DNA of 64,000 nt, from NCBI RefSeq assembly GCF_035594765.1, contig NC_085845.1, positions 131,022,897 through 131,086,896 on the forward strand, written 5' to 3'. The DNA comes from Anolis carolinensis. Taxonomy: Eukaryota. The number at the start of each line of letters is the position of its first letter. The stretch's first letter is position 1. The notes under the pieces were generated by a model, which was given only the letters and a program-made list of their open reading frames with translations, did no database searches and had not been told where the DNA came from. Made by a program: the position numbers and the translations under genes. This document shows, piece after piece, positions 23,084 through 36,269 of this stretch.

Positions 23084-24103
23084 CAGGGGTCCTCAAACTT
23101 TTAAAGCAGAGAGCCAGTCCACAATCCTTCGGACTGTTGAGGGGCCGAATTATCATTTGAAAAGAAATACGAACAAATTCCTATGCACATTGCATATGTC
23201 TTATTTGTAGTGCAATACAACAATAAGAATTAAAGAACAATACAATATTTAAAAATGAAAACAATTTTAACCAACATAAACCTATTAGGATTTCAATGGA
23301 AAGTGTGGGCCTGCTACTGGCCAATGAGATAGTCAAGTTAATTAGGATTGTTGTTGTTGTGTGCCTTCAAGTCATTTCAGACTTTGGGCGAGCCTAAGTC
23401 TAAAATTATTTATTTATTTATTTACTACATTTATACCCTACCCTTCTCACCCCGAAGGAGACTCAGAGCAACTGTATGTACATACAATATATTATAGTGT
23501 TAGCATAGCACGATATTTGCATTATATATTACTATATTGAACTATACCACTATACTGTAATATTATATGTAATATATAATATATAATTAATATTATTACA
23601 GTAGAGTCTCACTTATCCAACATAAATGGGCCGGCAGAATGTTGGATAAGTGAATATGTTGGATAATAAGGAGGCATTAAGGAAAAGCCTATTAAACATC
23701 AAATTAGGTTATGATTTTACAAATTAAGCACCAAAACATCATGTTATACAACAAATTTGACAGAAAAAGTTGTTCAATATGCAGTAATGCTATGTAGTAA
23801 TTACTGTATTTACAAATTTAGCATCAAAATATCACGATGTATTGAAAACATTGACTACAAAAATGCGTTGGATAATCCAGAACGTTGGATAAGCGAGTGT
23901 TGGATAAGTGAGACTCTACTGTATATGGTATTATTATTAGTATTATATTGTATAACATTATAATATTTTTATCAATATTATATGTATATATTATATTATT
24001 AAAACTGATATAAAATATTATATTATAAAACTGAGGGTGGGGGGCAGGTAAATGACCTTGGAGGGCCGCATCCGGCCCCCGGGCCTTAGTTTGGGGACCC
24101 CTG
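23084..24103. mobile_element. Non-autonomous hAT, same termini family as 17321-17890
   Basis: TIRs CAGGGGTCCTCAAAC and GTTTGGGGACCCCTG; perfect TSD CATTAGAG. Confidence 0.95.
23599..23921. mobile_element. Tc1/mariner MITE nested in the hAT
   Basis: CAGTAGAGTCTCACTTATCCAAC TIRs, TA TSD. Confidence 0.95.
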
Positions 24104-25265
24104 CATTAGAGTCTTGTTTAAGAAGCAAGAGGCTATCTGAGGTTAGGGAGAAGATCATCAACTTCAAGCTATTTTACAGTCATCAAGAAGCAAGAGGAGT
24201 ATTAGTAAGTGATCTGTTCTTCTTGTGCTCTTATGAAACTGAGACTAGAGTAATTATGAAGAGTGTTTTACAATATTTGTGAAAAACTGCAGCGCTTTGT
24301 ATCTTAGAAAGTATTACACTGAAAGCTAAGTTGGTTTAATGACTTGAGTATGATGAAACAAACATAGGGTTAGGGAATGAAAAGTGGCTGGTGCTCCAAT
24401 TTGGAAAAGCATGGACATTCTCACCCTAAATGGCAAGAAGAAGAAAAATTTAAGTTGGTTTGACTGGTGAAAATACCCCAATATTGCCTGTTTTTATCAT
24501 AGGAGTGAGATTTGACACTTTGTGCTCATATTTGTCTTTCTGCCATTCTGCATGTTCACAGTTTCTATCATTATTTCCACATCCTTAAAAAAAGGAATGT
24601 CCATTGTGTCATCACTTAAAGTCACAATAATTTTCCTAGTGCTGTAAGCTTCCCTGAAGAAAGAACCCTACCAGAGTTGGTGTCATTCCAGCAATTGTGT
24701 TGACTCCATGGGACTTTCATTTCCTGTTTCCTTCGTGCCTTAGGCAGTGAAATTGCATATAATTTTAATTTTTGGCAGGAGACTATTGCTCCAACATCAA
24801 GCAAATCACTGTTGATTGTGATGGCCATGACAGTGTGGCTTAACAATAATTTAAATACAATGCGTTGAGTGGCAAAGTCTGAAACAGTGCGACTTCTTAA
24901 AAAACTTACAAGTCAGTTTTTGAGGAGCACTGAGCAATCATCTTCTGAGTAGTAGTAAAGCGAGTGTGGGATCTCCTTTCCTCTGATATTTGTGTAAAGG
25001 TCTAAATATCCTGATGGTGCTATATCAAGCATCAAAACATGGATTGATTTTTTAAAAAATGTCAAACCATTTTTTTTAAAGAACCACTTTCCCCAAACCA
25101 TTATGCTATTTACATTTTGCAAATATTTTTCTTTCTTTAATTTTACAGCTTGTTACTAATTTAAAAGCTGTGACCATAAAAGATAGGAGAACAATTTAGA
25201 CTGTTTTTTTTTTAGAAAAAAATTTACAACATGATTGCAGTACAAAAAGTAATATAATCAGGAAT

Positions 25266-25544
25266 CAGGGCCGGTTCAACAATGAGGCGAATTAAGTGGT
25301 CGCTTCGGGCGCAAAACATAAGGGGGCGCAGTCGAGACTGCTTTTTCTGTTGATTTGTTGTAAAACATAATGTTTTGGTGCTTAATTTGTAAAATCTTAA
25401 TGTAATTTGATGTGTAATAGGCTTTTCCTTAATCCCTCCTTATTATCTAACATTTTTGCGTATCCAACGCTTTTATTTTTCAGTGATTGGTTTGGGGGGG
25501 GATTCTGTTCACCTACACTTGAAAAATACCTAGGGCCGACTCTG
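25266..25544. mobile_element. Short hAT MITE (CAGGGCCGG-type TIR)
   Basis: Imperfect TIRs CAGGGCCGGTTC and GGGCCGACTCTG; perfect 8-bp TSD TCAGGAAT. Confidence 0.85.
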
Positions 25545-26545
25545 TCAGGAATGCATAGAAACATTGAAAACATGATAAGAAAGTTAGTGATTGTGCCCCC
25601 TTCATCTTTTGCGAGGGGATTTGTGATACACACACATCAATAAAACAATAATTCTACAAACAAACAAAAGTAATACAAAATACACAAATTTAAATAACAG
25701 TCCACCCACAAAAACAAAATAATAAGATACCTTTTCTTAATATAAAAATACTACCTCAGCTAACAAAGCACAATCTAAAATAATCTTCCTCACTACAACT
25801 ACCCCAACTCTGTGCCCTTAAACAGATACTACACATACAACGGCAATCTACTGTGGTTTTAACTTTTTCTAATTTTCTTCGCAATTGCTTCTATAAGACG
25901 TGAGCATGAGAAGAATCAGGAGCATGAAACAGCAGTTTTATAAGTGCTGATGAAGAGACTGTGGTTTACGTCATGCCAAGGGCAAGGCTCTTTTACAAGC
26001 AGGAGAGATTTGCGCAACATTGCGTGGATGTGTCTCATCTTGAAAACTTCTTGCACTCATCACAAAAAGCAACAAAATCAATATTGGCTACTGTATGCAA
26101 GGTATTTCATATGTCAGTGGAGCTTGAAAGTCAAGGCACAGTCTAATAAACTGAAATTGAGATGGCAAATAAAGATGTAGTAGGAGAGGCATTGGAGGTA
26201 GATTAACATTAAGGCTTGGGCCTTGTGAATCATCATCCATAGATATGTCAGTGATACCTTCAATACCACACTGATAAAAAAATAACATACAGAAAAGTAG
26301 AATTCCTGCTCACTCCCCACTATTTGCCTATAGTTCATTTCCACAGCAACATGTTAATGCTTATATTTAAATGGCAATACATATAGAGAAATCTCCAAAG
26401 TCAGTCCCATATAAAACCATCAGCCTTATTCCCAGTTCAGTGCATATATGACCACAGTTGTAAAATATAAGAAATGCATGCAAAAGGAAGAGTTCATATA
26501 CACTGGACCCGATGCAACAGAATGGAAATATTCTATGTGTGGATA

Positions 26546-26888
26546 CAGTGTTCCCTCAGTACTTCGCGGTTCACTTTTCGCAGATTCGCTGTTTTGCGGT
26601 TTTTCAATAAACTCTAAAAGACTATTATAAATAATAAAAAGTTACAATTTACAGCCTAACGAAGGGAGGAAGGAGAAGACAAAGGGAGAGAAAGGGAGCC
26701 CAAGCGGCAACAGGAGAAGAAGGAGGTGATTTATCAACACACGATTGGTTGATAAAGACTTAAAATAGTGTATAACTACTAAAATAATGTATAAATATTA
26801 AAATAAATATAGCATCCCTACTTCACGGATCTTCACTTATTGTGGGTGGACCTGGAACCTAACCCCCGTGATAAGTGAGGGAACACTG
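26546..26888. mobile_element. Tc1/mariner (Tigger-like) MITE
   Basis: TIRs CAGTGTTCCCTCA and TGAGGGAACACTG; TA TSD. Confidence 0.9.
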
Positions 26889-26919
26889 TATTGTAAAAAA
26901 AGATATGATTAGAGTCAAG

Positions 26920-27210
26920 AAATTGTAGAATCAGAAAGTACTACAAAAGTCAAAGCCCTGACATGCAAGTATTCCTAAGAAATAGCCATCAATTGCAATT
27001 AAAGAACTTCAGTGTAACATCCACCCGCCTCCTGAAGCAGCAGATTCCATGAATGAATGGCTCTTACCAACAGAAATGTCTTCCTAATTTTGCACAGAAT
27101 CTCTTTTCTTGCCATTTGTAATAATCAATTTGTGCCTTAGCAGGAAATATGTTTCCTCGATCATCTGCACAACATCTCTTCAGATAGTTAAAGAAGGGCT
27201 ATCATGTCTT
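26920..27210 (-). mobile_element. Old CR1 3' fragment
   Basis: Reverse strand resembles the CR1 ORF2 end (DMIA.F.YLK..RF..IRK.F..VRA..WN.L). Confidence 0.6.
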
Positions 27211-28608
27211 CCAGATATCCACCCATTGAACAATGTGACTGGAAGTCAATTTGTTGTTTCTTCTCCTCAGTAGTCAAGTCATCTCTATAATCCTTCCAAA
27301 GATTGGGGAGATCTTGGGAAATTAGATATCCCTATTACAGAAAATATTTCCACATGGCTTTCTACAAGATCCCTCTTCACCTACAACGTAGCATGCTCGA
27401 TTTATGGGATTATTTGAAAAACTTCCAATCATACACTATTTACACTGGTCATTCAATAGGAATATAGAAGATACAGCAAGCTGAAGCAATCCCAAGTGTT
27501 AAGTAATCTGTTTATTTCATTGCTTGTCCAAAACACAATAAAGAATGATTACTGGTTCTTCAGAAGTGGTTAGCCCAAGCTATAAGTTGTTGACATGTGG
27601 TTGACCATCTTTGCTAGTTTCAGTAACGTGATCCAAACCTCTTCAAAGACAATTGAACATTGTTCTGTGGTTTCAGCAGAATTTAGCCCCAGGGACTTTT
27701 TGTGTGAAGAAACAACTCCAATTGATATTGCATTCAACAAAGTGTGAAAAAGCTAACTCGCCTTTCCAATTTTAGCTTAGTGCAGCAGGTTACATAAATT
27801 CTACAGAAAAGCCTTTCATAGTCAGGCATAATTAAAGTTGATTCCATAGAGGGATAATCTAGTAGGTGCCTGGTAATACAGATTTTGGTTGATGGCTCAT
27901 TTTTCTATTGTCCCGCACAACAAATTCCTCTGGGCAATAGTGGAAACAGGTGTGGTCAATCTGTATGATCTCCATGTAGGATGTGATCCTGAAAATTTCC
28001 TTTGTATATGTATGTCTTTTACCCCATTCTTTATCATTGCAACAGAAAAGGTCCACATGTTTACTTTAGTTCAGAGATGGCTGAAATAAGCCTTGCATTG
28101 TGTAAGCATCTCTCTGGCAATCTGCAGTTTTCCTGGATGTGCACACTTCAAGGTAAGGCATTGCAGAAGGCAGGGCAACTCACTGCCATGATGATAATGC
28201 TTGATAAAGTGGAAAGGAATGACTGAGAGGAGAGGTTACTCCTTCAGGCAGGGGGGAATCTTTTTAAATCCCACCGCTGCCACCAATATAATGTAAAGAC
28301 TGAGCGGACACCAAATATATCGGATACCTCTCCACTCTACTCATGCTCACACACAAGCACATGTATGTGAGAGGCGAGGGTATACCGTTTGATTTTAGAT
28401 TTTCTTTTAAAATGGTAGCTGCCACCAACCTAAAATGTCTTTAGGATTTTTGCTGTTAAATGTGTCTGAGGCAAGTATCTCCCATTCCCTGCCCACAATG
28501 TTTCTACCCCTGGCTCCCAAACTGATGTTCACTATGAGGCTTTTCTGTGGTATTTTATTGTTGTATTGCTGGAACTTTTATAAAGGCTTCTTGATGGAAA
28601 ATATACAC

Positions 28609-29247
28609 TGTGGAGGCTCTTGAGAGTTGAAAATAGAATAAAAATTTATTTTCTTAAAAACAGGCAAATGATTACTTCAGAGAGGTTCATATGCGTAATC
28701 GGTTACAGACGTTCTTCAGCTTAACTTAGTTGTACGTTTCAGATTACTTCACTTAGTTTCAAACAGTTCCAACCAACCAATCTATCTATTGGTCACAAAA
28801 ACCCTCGCTCTATTTGCTGAGAATAGTCACGAGTTCCCCTGGGTTGTTAATTAACTCTAACCTAGAGTCCTTCTATTAACCAGCCCAGTAGTGACAGTCA
28901 ACTCCTTGAGTTATCTTCCCCTCAAGAGATCCAGACTGCCTGACCTAGCCTGTCAGTTTTTACAGCTTTCTGTTCTCTCTCACACACACACCCTCCAAAC
29001 TCCAAAACCGAACTGCTCTCTTCAAACCCCAAAACAGAACTGCCTGGAGCTCTTTTTTTCCTCTGCACTCTAAGACTTGGCTCCTCCCATCTGCTCTGGC
29101 TGGCCAATCCTAGGAGTCTCTCTCTAAGCTCCTCCCCTTTCTGACCACACTCAAGATGGTTGATTGGCATTCCTCTACAAAATGGAGGCTTGCCTCACTC
29201 ACTGTTACCCAGGCTTCATTCCCGGCCTAATAGATAAGGTTCACTAC
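28609..29247 (-). mobile_element. Putative solo LTR
   Basis: TGT start, reverse AATAAA about 30 bp inside, promoter-like CCAAT/CCTCCC block and short tandem duplication at the other end; right boundary and TSD not resolved. Confidence 0.45.
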
Positions 29248-29920
29248 CTTACCTATTAGGCCTGGATGTGGTATTAAATGCCACATTGTAGATGGATTTA
29301 CTCAGACCCTAACTACACTGATGATCAAACTGATTTGAAAAGGCAGTGGCTACAAAATACATGTTACAAGTGTGTGCTGCAGCATTAATCAAGGCCATTA
29401 ATTCAAATTAAGCAAAGCAATGGAAGGTATGAGTTTGGTCTTTTAATACGCACCAGCAAACCCAAAATGTAAACAACATTGAATGGTGAAAATGGTTACA
29501 AAGAATCTGCATTATATATTGTACTCGTACTTGTTAAAGCACTTTGTAGAATTCAGAAGATGAGGGCCAAAAATGCCCCAGGGTATGGCTGCCTAGAAGG
29601 GGACTAATTGACCCCCTGGGATTACCTCACTCCTAACTGTCATTTTCCTTTTCTTTTAATCTCCTGAGCACTGGTGCGCATGTATCCTGGAAAAGCGGGG
29701 GCACAGAAGCCAGGTTGCACACTAACTGTAATCACCTTCCTGGCTTCAAACCAGTTCCATTACCTATCCATTTAATTACTCACACCATGAAACTGATTCC
29801 TTCCAAACTGGTTCCAAATCAACCTAATTTGTCAATGTAGATGTGTCCTCAAATCAAGAAAGCTACAGCCCTGAGCTTTCAGATCTTTTAATTTCCAGAA
29901 GATCATCTACATAAGCAATA

Positions 29921-30305
29921 GTTGTCGTCTCACTCATTCAGTCATTTTCGACTCTTCGTGACCTCATGGACCAGTCCACGCCAGAGCTCCCTGTCGGCCG
30001 TTGCCATCCCCAGTTCCTTCAAGGACGAGCCAGTCACTTCAAGGATACCGTCCATCCATCTCGCCCTTGGTCGGCCTCTCTTCCTTTTTCCTTCCATTTT
30101 CCCCAGCATCATGATCTTCTCCAAGCTTTCCTGTCTTCTCATGATGTGGCCAAAATACTTCATCTTTGCCTCTAATATCCTTCCCTCCAGTGAGCAGTCG
30201 GGTATTATTTCCTGGGGGATGGACTGGTTGGATCTTCTTGCGGTCCAAGGCACTCTCAGGATTTTCCTCCAGCACCAGAGTTCAAAAGCGTCTATCGTCC
30301 TTCGC
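29921..30305 (-). mobile_element. BovB (RTE) LINE 3' fragment
   Basis: IDAFELWCWRKILRVPWTARRSNQSI..KYFGHIMRR..GRPRARWMD..VHEVTKSR. Confidence 0.95.
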
Positions 30306-31195
30306 AATATAACACATATTCACTGTGAGTTACATTGTGCTTGCCCCCTCCCCATGATGTCCCTGTACTTCCAGTAAACCACATTAATCCAGTTTAGTCC
30401 CTCATAAAGAAAAGTTGAGGGATGCTCCAGAGGTTGCCTGCAACTTTAGAATAACCCCATAGCTTCATGGCAGTGTGGACATCAGTATTGTGTCCTATTT
30501 GGACCTGTCTGCTGTTCACATGAGGCACTGCCACCATATGCTTTTATCTGCACTCATTACAACCATGTTGTTGCTGTTGTCACTCCCAGAAAGCTACAGA
30601 GCTCTGTGTGAGTTTCTGGGCATTGCAGGCACCCTGTGGTGACATCAGCAGAGGTGCCTACATGATTCAGGAGGTGGGGAGCTTCGCTCCTTGCTTTTTT
30701 TTCTTTTCCATGTGGCTATCTCTGTTGATATCGGCATGGGGCATTCGAAAAAGCCAATAGTTCACATGGATCTTGATAGCTGCCTTGGAGGAGCCATGGT
30801 GACATGGTTGGCAAAGTTGTTCAGAGGGGCCAATGCGGTCTGATTCCAGTTGAACTGGCTAGACTCCAATCAAACACCATAGGTTTGGGTTAGTGTGTCC
30901 AGTCACTGTAGACATGTCATAGAATATTTGGAAATCTCTCATTCACAGGGTCACCAAAAGTCAAAGCCATCTTGATGTCAATAAAGAGCTACAGGAAAGG
31001 CACCCTGAAGTAATCCTTACCAAACTACTTTTTCAGATCAAGAAGTTAAGGTAGCCAAGGAGGTTTTAGGTTTTACATTAGCAGAGATAGCTGCAATAGA
31101 AATAAAACTACAAAGTCCTCCTGGTTATCTCTTGACAGTAAATTTACATGCACAATCAAAATAAGTGGGAAAATAGAAGTCTTCATGTGGGTAAT

Positions 31196-31507
31196 GTAAA
31201 GGTTTCCCCTGACATTAAGTCCAGTCATGTCTGACTCTGGGGGTTGATGCTCATCTCCATTTCTAAGCCGAATGTCCGTAGACACCTCCAAGGTCATGTG
31301 GCTGGCATGACTGCATGGAGCGTTGTTACCTTCCTGCCTGAGTGGTACCTATTGATCTACTCACATTGGCATGTTTTCAAACTGCTAGGTTGGCAGAAGC
31401 TGGAGCTAACAGTGGGCGCTCACTCCGCTCCCGGAGATTGAACCTGGGACCTTTCGGTCTGCAAGTTCAGCAGCTCAGCGCTTTAACACATTTCGCCACC
31501 GGGGCTC
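31196..31507 (-). mobile_element. Sauria SINE
   Basis: Matches other copies, small internal deletion. Confidence 0.95.
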
Positions 31508-33541
31508 ATTTTCAATGAGGGAGAACATTTTCAATAAAATGAAAGACTATTGTCCTTCTGTCTGTGCAATTCAGCATACACAACAGGAGTGGAGCATCTT
31601 CCATGGGTATATGTGCATCCCACTCTCCAAACCGATGGTGAACCATTTTATGCTGCCACCACTAATACTGAATTTCTGCTGAAAATTGGTGCAATGTTGG
31701 TATGAAAATCATCTTTTAAAACTAACACCCCCATACTGTTTTATGTTTATAAATAATATGTTCAGTTCAAATACGTCTCGAAACTTCCTGCTATGTCTAC
31801 TTTTAAGGAAGGTGAGTGAGAAGCATATCCCACAATTAGAGGAAAATGGTACTTTTAAAGAAAAGGTGACAAGGGGCTTTCAAACTGATGGTGGCTGTCG
31901 TGGTACTACAGCCATCAACTTTAGATTATGGAGGAAAGAGTAGAGGCTACATATAGCACTTTCATATACACCTCACTTTCCACATTTCTAGTGATAGATA
32001 AAGGACCTCTGTGGTTTTTTTCCCCTTTGTCATTCATATCTGGTTTAAAAACAAACGGTCTCGAAACATTGCAAATGCAAATGAAACACTTAATTAAAAT
32101 TACATTGTCATCTTGTGTGTGTGTGTCATATATTTGCTTAGGTATTTCCTTGTAACATCTTAAGACTTATCAATACTAGATAGCATTGATGAATCTTAAA
32201 TCTAGTATGTATGGATGTATTGTTTATCTATCAACTAGCTAGGCATTGTTTGTCTGCCATCTATCTGTCTATCTATTTATCCATCTAACCATCTGTCCAT
32301 CTACCCAAATATACATAATAAACTGTACATAATATAGGCATTTTACAATTGATGAAATAAGTCTAGTCACATCTGAAACCATTTTCATATTAGTGCATGA
32401 CAGTCACTCATTACCCCGAGTTCATATCTCAGAAAACACTTGATGTTAAATTCCCTTGAACTCTAGAGATCAGTTCCCTGCCAATCAAATGTTAAAACTG
32501 ATCAAAGAAGTGATGAAGCATAGCCTTGGCTACAAAGATGGGATTAGCAGAAAGTGATCATTAGCAATTGCAAACCACTTGAGGCCTTTGCCTACAGGCA
32601 AAGCCTGAAGGCAGATAAATATTTTAAGAAGCTGGTATCAACAGCTATATATGTTCCAAGATCATTACTACTCTTAGATCATACTGGACAAGGTCATGAC
32701 CTTTGCCCCAAATCTCCCATTCCCTGTGAGCATCCTGCAGTGTTTTGTAAACTCTGTTTTGAAAATGGACAATATTTGCTTCTTTGAAAAGTGTTTCTGA
32801 TGAAATCAAGAGTTATTCTATAAAACCTAAAGACTCTTATTGTGGCAAAATCCTACAGCAACGAATTTTCAGATAGATTTGTGTTGAGTGTTCTCCTTCA
32901 GCAGTGAATAACTGCATCCAGTTTGTATACATTTTAGATTGTCATCACACAATGGACACAATTTCTGAGTTACAGCTCAAAGAAGGCATTTTCAAGAATT
33001 GTACTGAAAATATGAATGGGAAATATTCTCCAGAGGTAATTGTACAGAGCTGTAAATGGAAATTCACATTTCAATAAATACTTTAAAATACTTTAAGATT
33101 CTTCATTTCAAAAAGCTTCACTTTAAAATATATTCTGTGTTAGGATATTTATAGTGAACAAGAGGACAGTAAGTTCCAATCTATATGTTTGTTAGATAAG
33201 GGTCATTCAGGTGGTTTATACCAGGCATTGCAAAAAACCCTGAACTCTTCAAATGTAGCTTGAACAAAGAAGTTCCATGAGAGGACAATGAGAGTGGAAA
33301 AGCAGTTTTATTCACCTAAATTTTTACAGAATAGGAAGGAGTCATCCTAGCCTCTCTATAGAGGAAATTCCGAAATCTGAGAACAACCACCAGGAAGGCC
33401 CTCTCCCTTGTTTCCACCAAACAAATCTAAGAAAGTAGTGGGACAGAGAAAACACCTCTCTAAATTGTAAAGCACAAACAAGTTCATATAGCAAGTCAGG
33501 GTTTGCAAAAAAGCAAGCTTATAAGCACTAGGAGTGTGCAC

Positions 33542-34549
33542 TAGACATGTCCAAAAAATCATTTTGAATCATATATCGGAATTATTTTGGATTGTTCTCG
33601 CTTTTTGATACGCATTCCGAGACATTGTCTCACAGTGCAACCAGCAATGTAATTCAAACCATTGTTGGCCCATTCTCTAATTGTCTCTTAATGTTTCGTT
33701 AATTTTTTCCCCAATTTTTTAAAAATATATTTTTAAAAATACTTTAATTTTTTTTTGTTTCTGCAACCTACCTTGAATGGGAGCTTAGTGCAGCCTAACA
33801 TGGCTGCTGCTCCCCGGCCAATCAGAAGCTTCCACGACGGACGCAAAGGTGAGGGCTGGGGTTTTCTGCGTCCACGTGGGAGATTGCCATAAAAGCCTGT
33901 TGTGTAGCCCGGGCGAGCCATTCTGGGCTGGGCTTTGCGCGGAGAGGGTGGTGGTCTGCAAACGGAGAGCAAGCAAGCCTCTTGAGGGAGAGAGAGGATG
34001 AAGGGGCCCAGTCTGACTGCTCCCACAAAGGGGTTTGGAGAAAGGGTTAGGGTTTTGTTGCTGGTTCTTTCTCTTAGCAAGGGAATTTCGAGTTTTCAAA
34101 GTATCTGCACTCCTTGCCAGGGCATTGCTTGGCGTGGTGGTCACTGGTCCATTTCTAATTGAAGGCATTGGGTTGAGGCTTGTGGGATTACATAGCCAGA
34201 GACACCATTGATTTCCAGTGTCCTTCTTGCTTACAAATATAGCAAGGGAATTTCTAGTTTTCAAAGTATCTTTGCACAACTTGCAAGGGCATTGCAAATT
34301 TGATGAGGATAGCTCAAGAAATGAGGACGGGAGAGTCCTGTAAAAGTCCCCCCTCCCCGGTTTTTTTTTTTTAGCGATTGCGCATGCGCGTCCGCCATTT
34401 TAGAAACATTTAGAATCATTACGAATTTTCGGAAATATCTGAAAATTTTGGGTGAAAAAATCAGAAATACTTTTTATATCGAAGCGCCAGCGCCCCCTAC
34501 TTTAGAAACGAGAATTGAAACTTTTTTTTTCATTGATCGGACATACCTA
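33542..34549. mobile_element. Non-autonomous hAT related to 9126-10757, opposite orientation
   Basis: TIRs TAGACATGTCC and GGACATACCTA; TSD GTGTGCAC/CTGTGCAC (nTnnnnAn); 34290-34549 is reverse-homologous to 9126-9380. Confidence 0.88.
33818..33836 (+). promoter_or_regulatory. Perfect ERSE consensus (CCAAT-N9-CCACG)
   Basis: CCAAT CAGAAGCTT CCACG, followed by CACGTG and CATAAAA within 60 bp. Confidence 0.5.
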
Positions 34550-34979
34550 CTGTGCACAACTCTAAAAACCTGTTTGTTTGTCTTAATGATAATTGCATTA
34601 CACCTCCACCTTTTGATTCTATCGTGTTTTGGAAAAATTGTAAGGGGCCAGTGTCAAAACCATTATGGAGTTCCAAAAAGGTCATTGGTTTCTTTTGGTT
34701 ATGTTATTTGCCCATTCACACCAATGGGGACACTAATGGGGTGCCTCCCTCCCTCAGTGGACTATTGTGACAAAACTTGCTATAATTATAGTACACATTT
34801 ACTGCTCTAAGTCCTCCAAGTTTCAGAATGTTTCACATATCCACTGATTTTGGGGATTTTTTAAGGCTTTTATGAACAACATAATCAGTGCATCATTCCC
34901 TCAAGTTTTATAAAGAACTACACATCCACTAATGTTTAGGGAACTGTAACCAAAATAAACTTAACAGTACTATTTCACT

Positions 34980-35121
34980 GGAAGGCCATCCAGTCCAACT
35001 CCCTTCTACCATGCAGAAAAAGCACAATCAAAGCAGCCCAACAGATGCCCATCCAGACTTTATGATATTAATACTACTACTCCTACTACTACTACTACTA
35101 ATAATAATAATAATAATAATA
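34980..35121 (-). mobile_element. CR1 3' UTR fragment plus (TAC)n/(AAT)n microsatellite
   Basis: GAAGGCCATCCAGTCCAAC..ACAGATG.CCATCCAG, the reverse of the CR1 UTR. Confidence 0.65.
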
Positions 35122-35181
35122 GGAAACCTACTGGGTAAACTTTGGAGATACTGCCTTTTAACTTTGCCTATCTCATATTCA

Positions 35182-35508
35182 GGAGCCCCGGTGACGAAGT
35201 GCATTAAAGCGCTAAGCTGCTGAACTTGCAGACTGAAAGGTCCCAGGTTCAAATCCTGGGAGCGGCTTGAGCGCCTGCTGTTAGCTCCAGCTCCTGCCAA
35301 CCTAGCAGTTCAAAAACATGCAAATGTGAGTAGATCAATAGATACTGCTCTGGCGGGAAGGTAATGGTGCTCCATGCAGTCATGCCGGCCACATGACCTT
35401 GGAGGTGTCTACGGACAACGCCAGCTCTTCGGCTTAGAAATGGAGATGAGCACCAACCCCCAGAGTCAGACATGACTGGACTTAACGTCAGGGGAAACCT
35501 TTACCTTT
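35182..35508 (+). mobile_element. Sauria SINE, full length
   Basis: tRNA head, body and ACCTTT tail. Confidence 0.95.
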
Positions 35509-36269
35509 AATAAGCACCAATGTTCCCACATTATGGGCAGAGGGATTGAGGGACCAATTATACTGTTATTGTTACTTTTTAATATAAGCAGTAAAATGCA
35601 CTTATTGTTCTTAATATGTATTTTGGGAGACTTTGAAGGTGGGGTTTGACTATGTTTCTTGTATTCTTCACTGTAGTTTAAGGTCCTTTATTATAAATTG
35701 TTAATAGGCACAAGAGAGACTTGAGAGCCATATCCAGTTCCAGGAGGACCCTAATGTTTGTCCAGACTTTGAGTGTGTAGTGAGAATATAAATTCATTAA
35801 TTTCATTCTCATAGGCAAGAATGAATCATTTTACCCTTTCTCTTCTTACCACAAGAAAGTGGCCAAAAATGAATTTTTCAAAGAATACCATATTCACAGT
35901 TAGACACTTATTTCATTCAAATCAAAAATGTATGTGATATACGTGGGTGCATGCAGAAAAAATACATTTATGTGTTGAAAAAAGTATTTTTGCTATAAAA
36001 AATCTGCTGCACAGAAATGTTATTTTCATCATGGATAATGGTGTTTTCTATGGAGGGAATTTACCTTACATTTTGTGTAGAAAATCCTGATTTCATATGA
36101 AGATTCCGCAAATTGCAAAGATTCATGCCCATTTAGACTTCTCCTTATCATAGTTTCTTGACACTTGAAAAATATGTTTTAAGCATTAATGAAGATTTTT
36201 AAATACTCTTTCCATCACTAGTCTTTAGAAGCAAAGAAGAAAACAAAACAGAAACTCCCCTCCCCCTCA

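Noticed and set aside
34043-34055. GGGTTAGGGTT telomere-like word in the hAT
   Set aside because: Under two full repeats and not at an insertion junction; compatible with chance
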